The position numbers were made by a program, and so were the translations under genes. Of a stretch of 35,843 nucleotides of DNA, positions 35,160 to 35,843 are shown one piece after another. How positions within the stretch are numbered: the first letter of the stretch is position 1; every line of letters begins with the position of its first letter. The stretch lies in assembly GCA_041562555.1 (NCBI GenBank), contig JBFEXS010000008.1, forward strand, positions 1-35,843, written 5' to 3'. Below the pieces are notes generated by a model, which did not search any database, was not told the origin of the DNA, and was given only the letters and a program-made list of their open reading frames with translations. The stretch comes from Sulfurimonadaceae bacterium. GTDB lineage: Bacteria > Campylobacterota > Campylobacteria > Campylobacterales > Sulfurimonadaceae.

Positions 35160-35843
35160 AACAATACTATTTTTATTGATAGCTTTACCTGTGTATGCAG
35201 GTTTGGAAGTAAGTGTTGACAGAGATCAGGTCACTCGGGGTGAAAGGGTGACCTTTACACTGAAAGTGACAGGGGAGGGCACCTTGAGAGTACCTCCGTT
35301 GGATACCCTGTGTGGCGTCGACATAGAGGGACGGATGCAAAGTCGCAAAGATGTCTTTTCCAATGGAAAACGGGCACAAGAGATCTCATTGATGTATGAG
35401 TTTATGCCTCAGAGAAGCTGTGTGATCGAGCCCTTCAGCGTCAGTGTCAATGATGTTGAAGAGATGACAAAGCCGATTAATATCACTGTCTCAAAGATGT
35501 CCATACAAAAAGATGAACCGTTTATTGTCGGATTGATGACAGATAAACGTGAGGTGTATGTAGGTGAGCCTTTTGAGATGCGTGTAGATTTCAAAGAGCG
35601 TCAAAACATGGACTCACTGGCAGAATCCATCTCCCTTCCCGAAAGCAAGAACATCTGGATCAAAAGTGAGCAGAAAGGACAAAGCTATCTAAAAGAACGG
35701 TATAAGAATCGTACGAATCGCTATGCTCTGAGTGCTCAGCAGAGTGGAAAGCTTACCCTTGGACCCTTGCGTTGGGATCTGAAGGTACGTTCCAAAGGCA
35801 GAGATATCTGGGGAACATGGCTGGCGACATCGAAAACACATAC
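35143..35843 (+). CDS. BatD family protein (copy 2), truncated by the window end
   Basis: Open frame from ATG 35143: MKNLGKTILFLLIALPVYA-GLEVSVDRDQVTRGERVTFTLKVTG...TDKREVYVGEPF; no stop before the end. Confidence 0.85.
   Translation, partial: MKNLGKTILFLLIALPVYAGLEVSVDRDQVTRGERVTFTLKVTGEGTLRVPPLDTLCGVDIEGRMQSRKDVFSNGKRAQEISLMYEFMPQRSCVIEPFSVSVNDVEEMTKPINITVSKMSIQKDEPFIVGLMTDKREVYVGEPFEMRVDFKERQNMDSLAESISLPESKNIWIKSEQKGQSYLKERYKNRTNRYALSAQQSGKLTLGPLRWDLKVRSKGRDIWGTWLATSKTH

Overview
A 35.8 kb, gene-dense core-chromosome segment. The gene families, AAGGA Shine-Dalgarno (SD) sites and TGn-TATAAT promoters point to a free-living Campylobacterota bacterium (Sulfurimonas/Sulfurovum-like); this assignment is an inference. 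The left half has pepP, two outer-membrane barrels (one a TonB-dependent receptor), small RNA-binding proteins, pta-ackA, ychJ coupled to a WD40/helical-repeat protein, a secreted DUF2252-like pseudokinase, and a YbiT-type ABC-F gene with a structured leader. The middle has a fused TIGR03546/TIGR03545 gene, a DUF1653-SUI1 pair, a c-di-GMP cluster, a rhodanese, SprT- and phytase-like genes, and tRNA-Lys/tRNA-Glu. The right end is a MoxR/Bat cluster with two paralogous batA-batB-batD sets. I saw no mobile elements or CRISPR arrays. The most notable items are missed or unexplained by the ORF track: an intact DUF1653 gene with no ATG/GTG/TTG start overlapping the SUI1 gene; a 42-aa membrane microprotein coupled to the rhodanese; a sigma54 promoter on the diguanylate cyclase; an 84-aa helical repeat behind a WD40 propeller; and several likely leaderless mRNAs. 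All family calls are from motif recognition by eye, not database searches.
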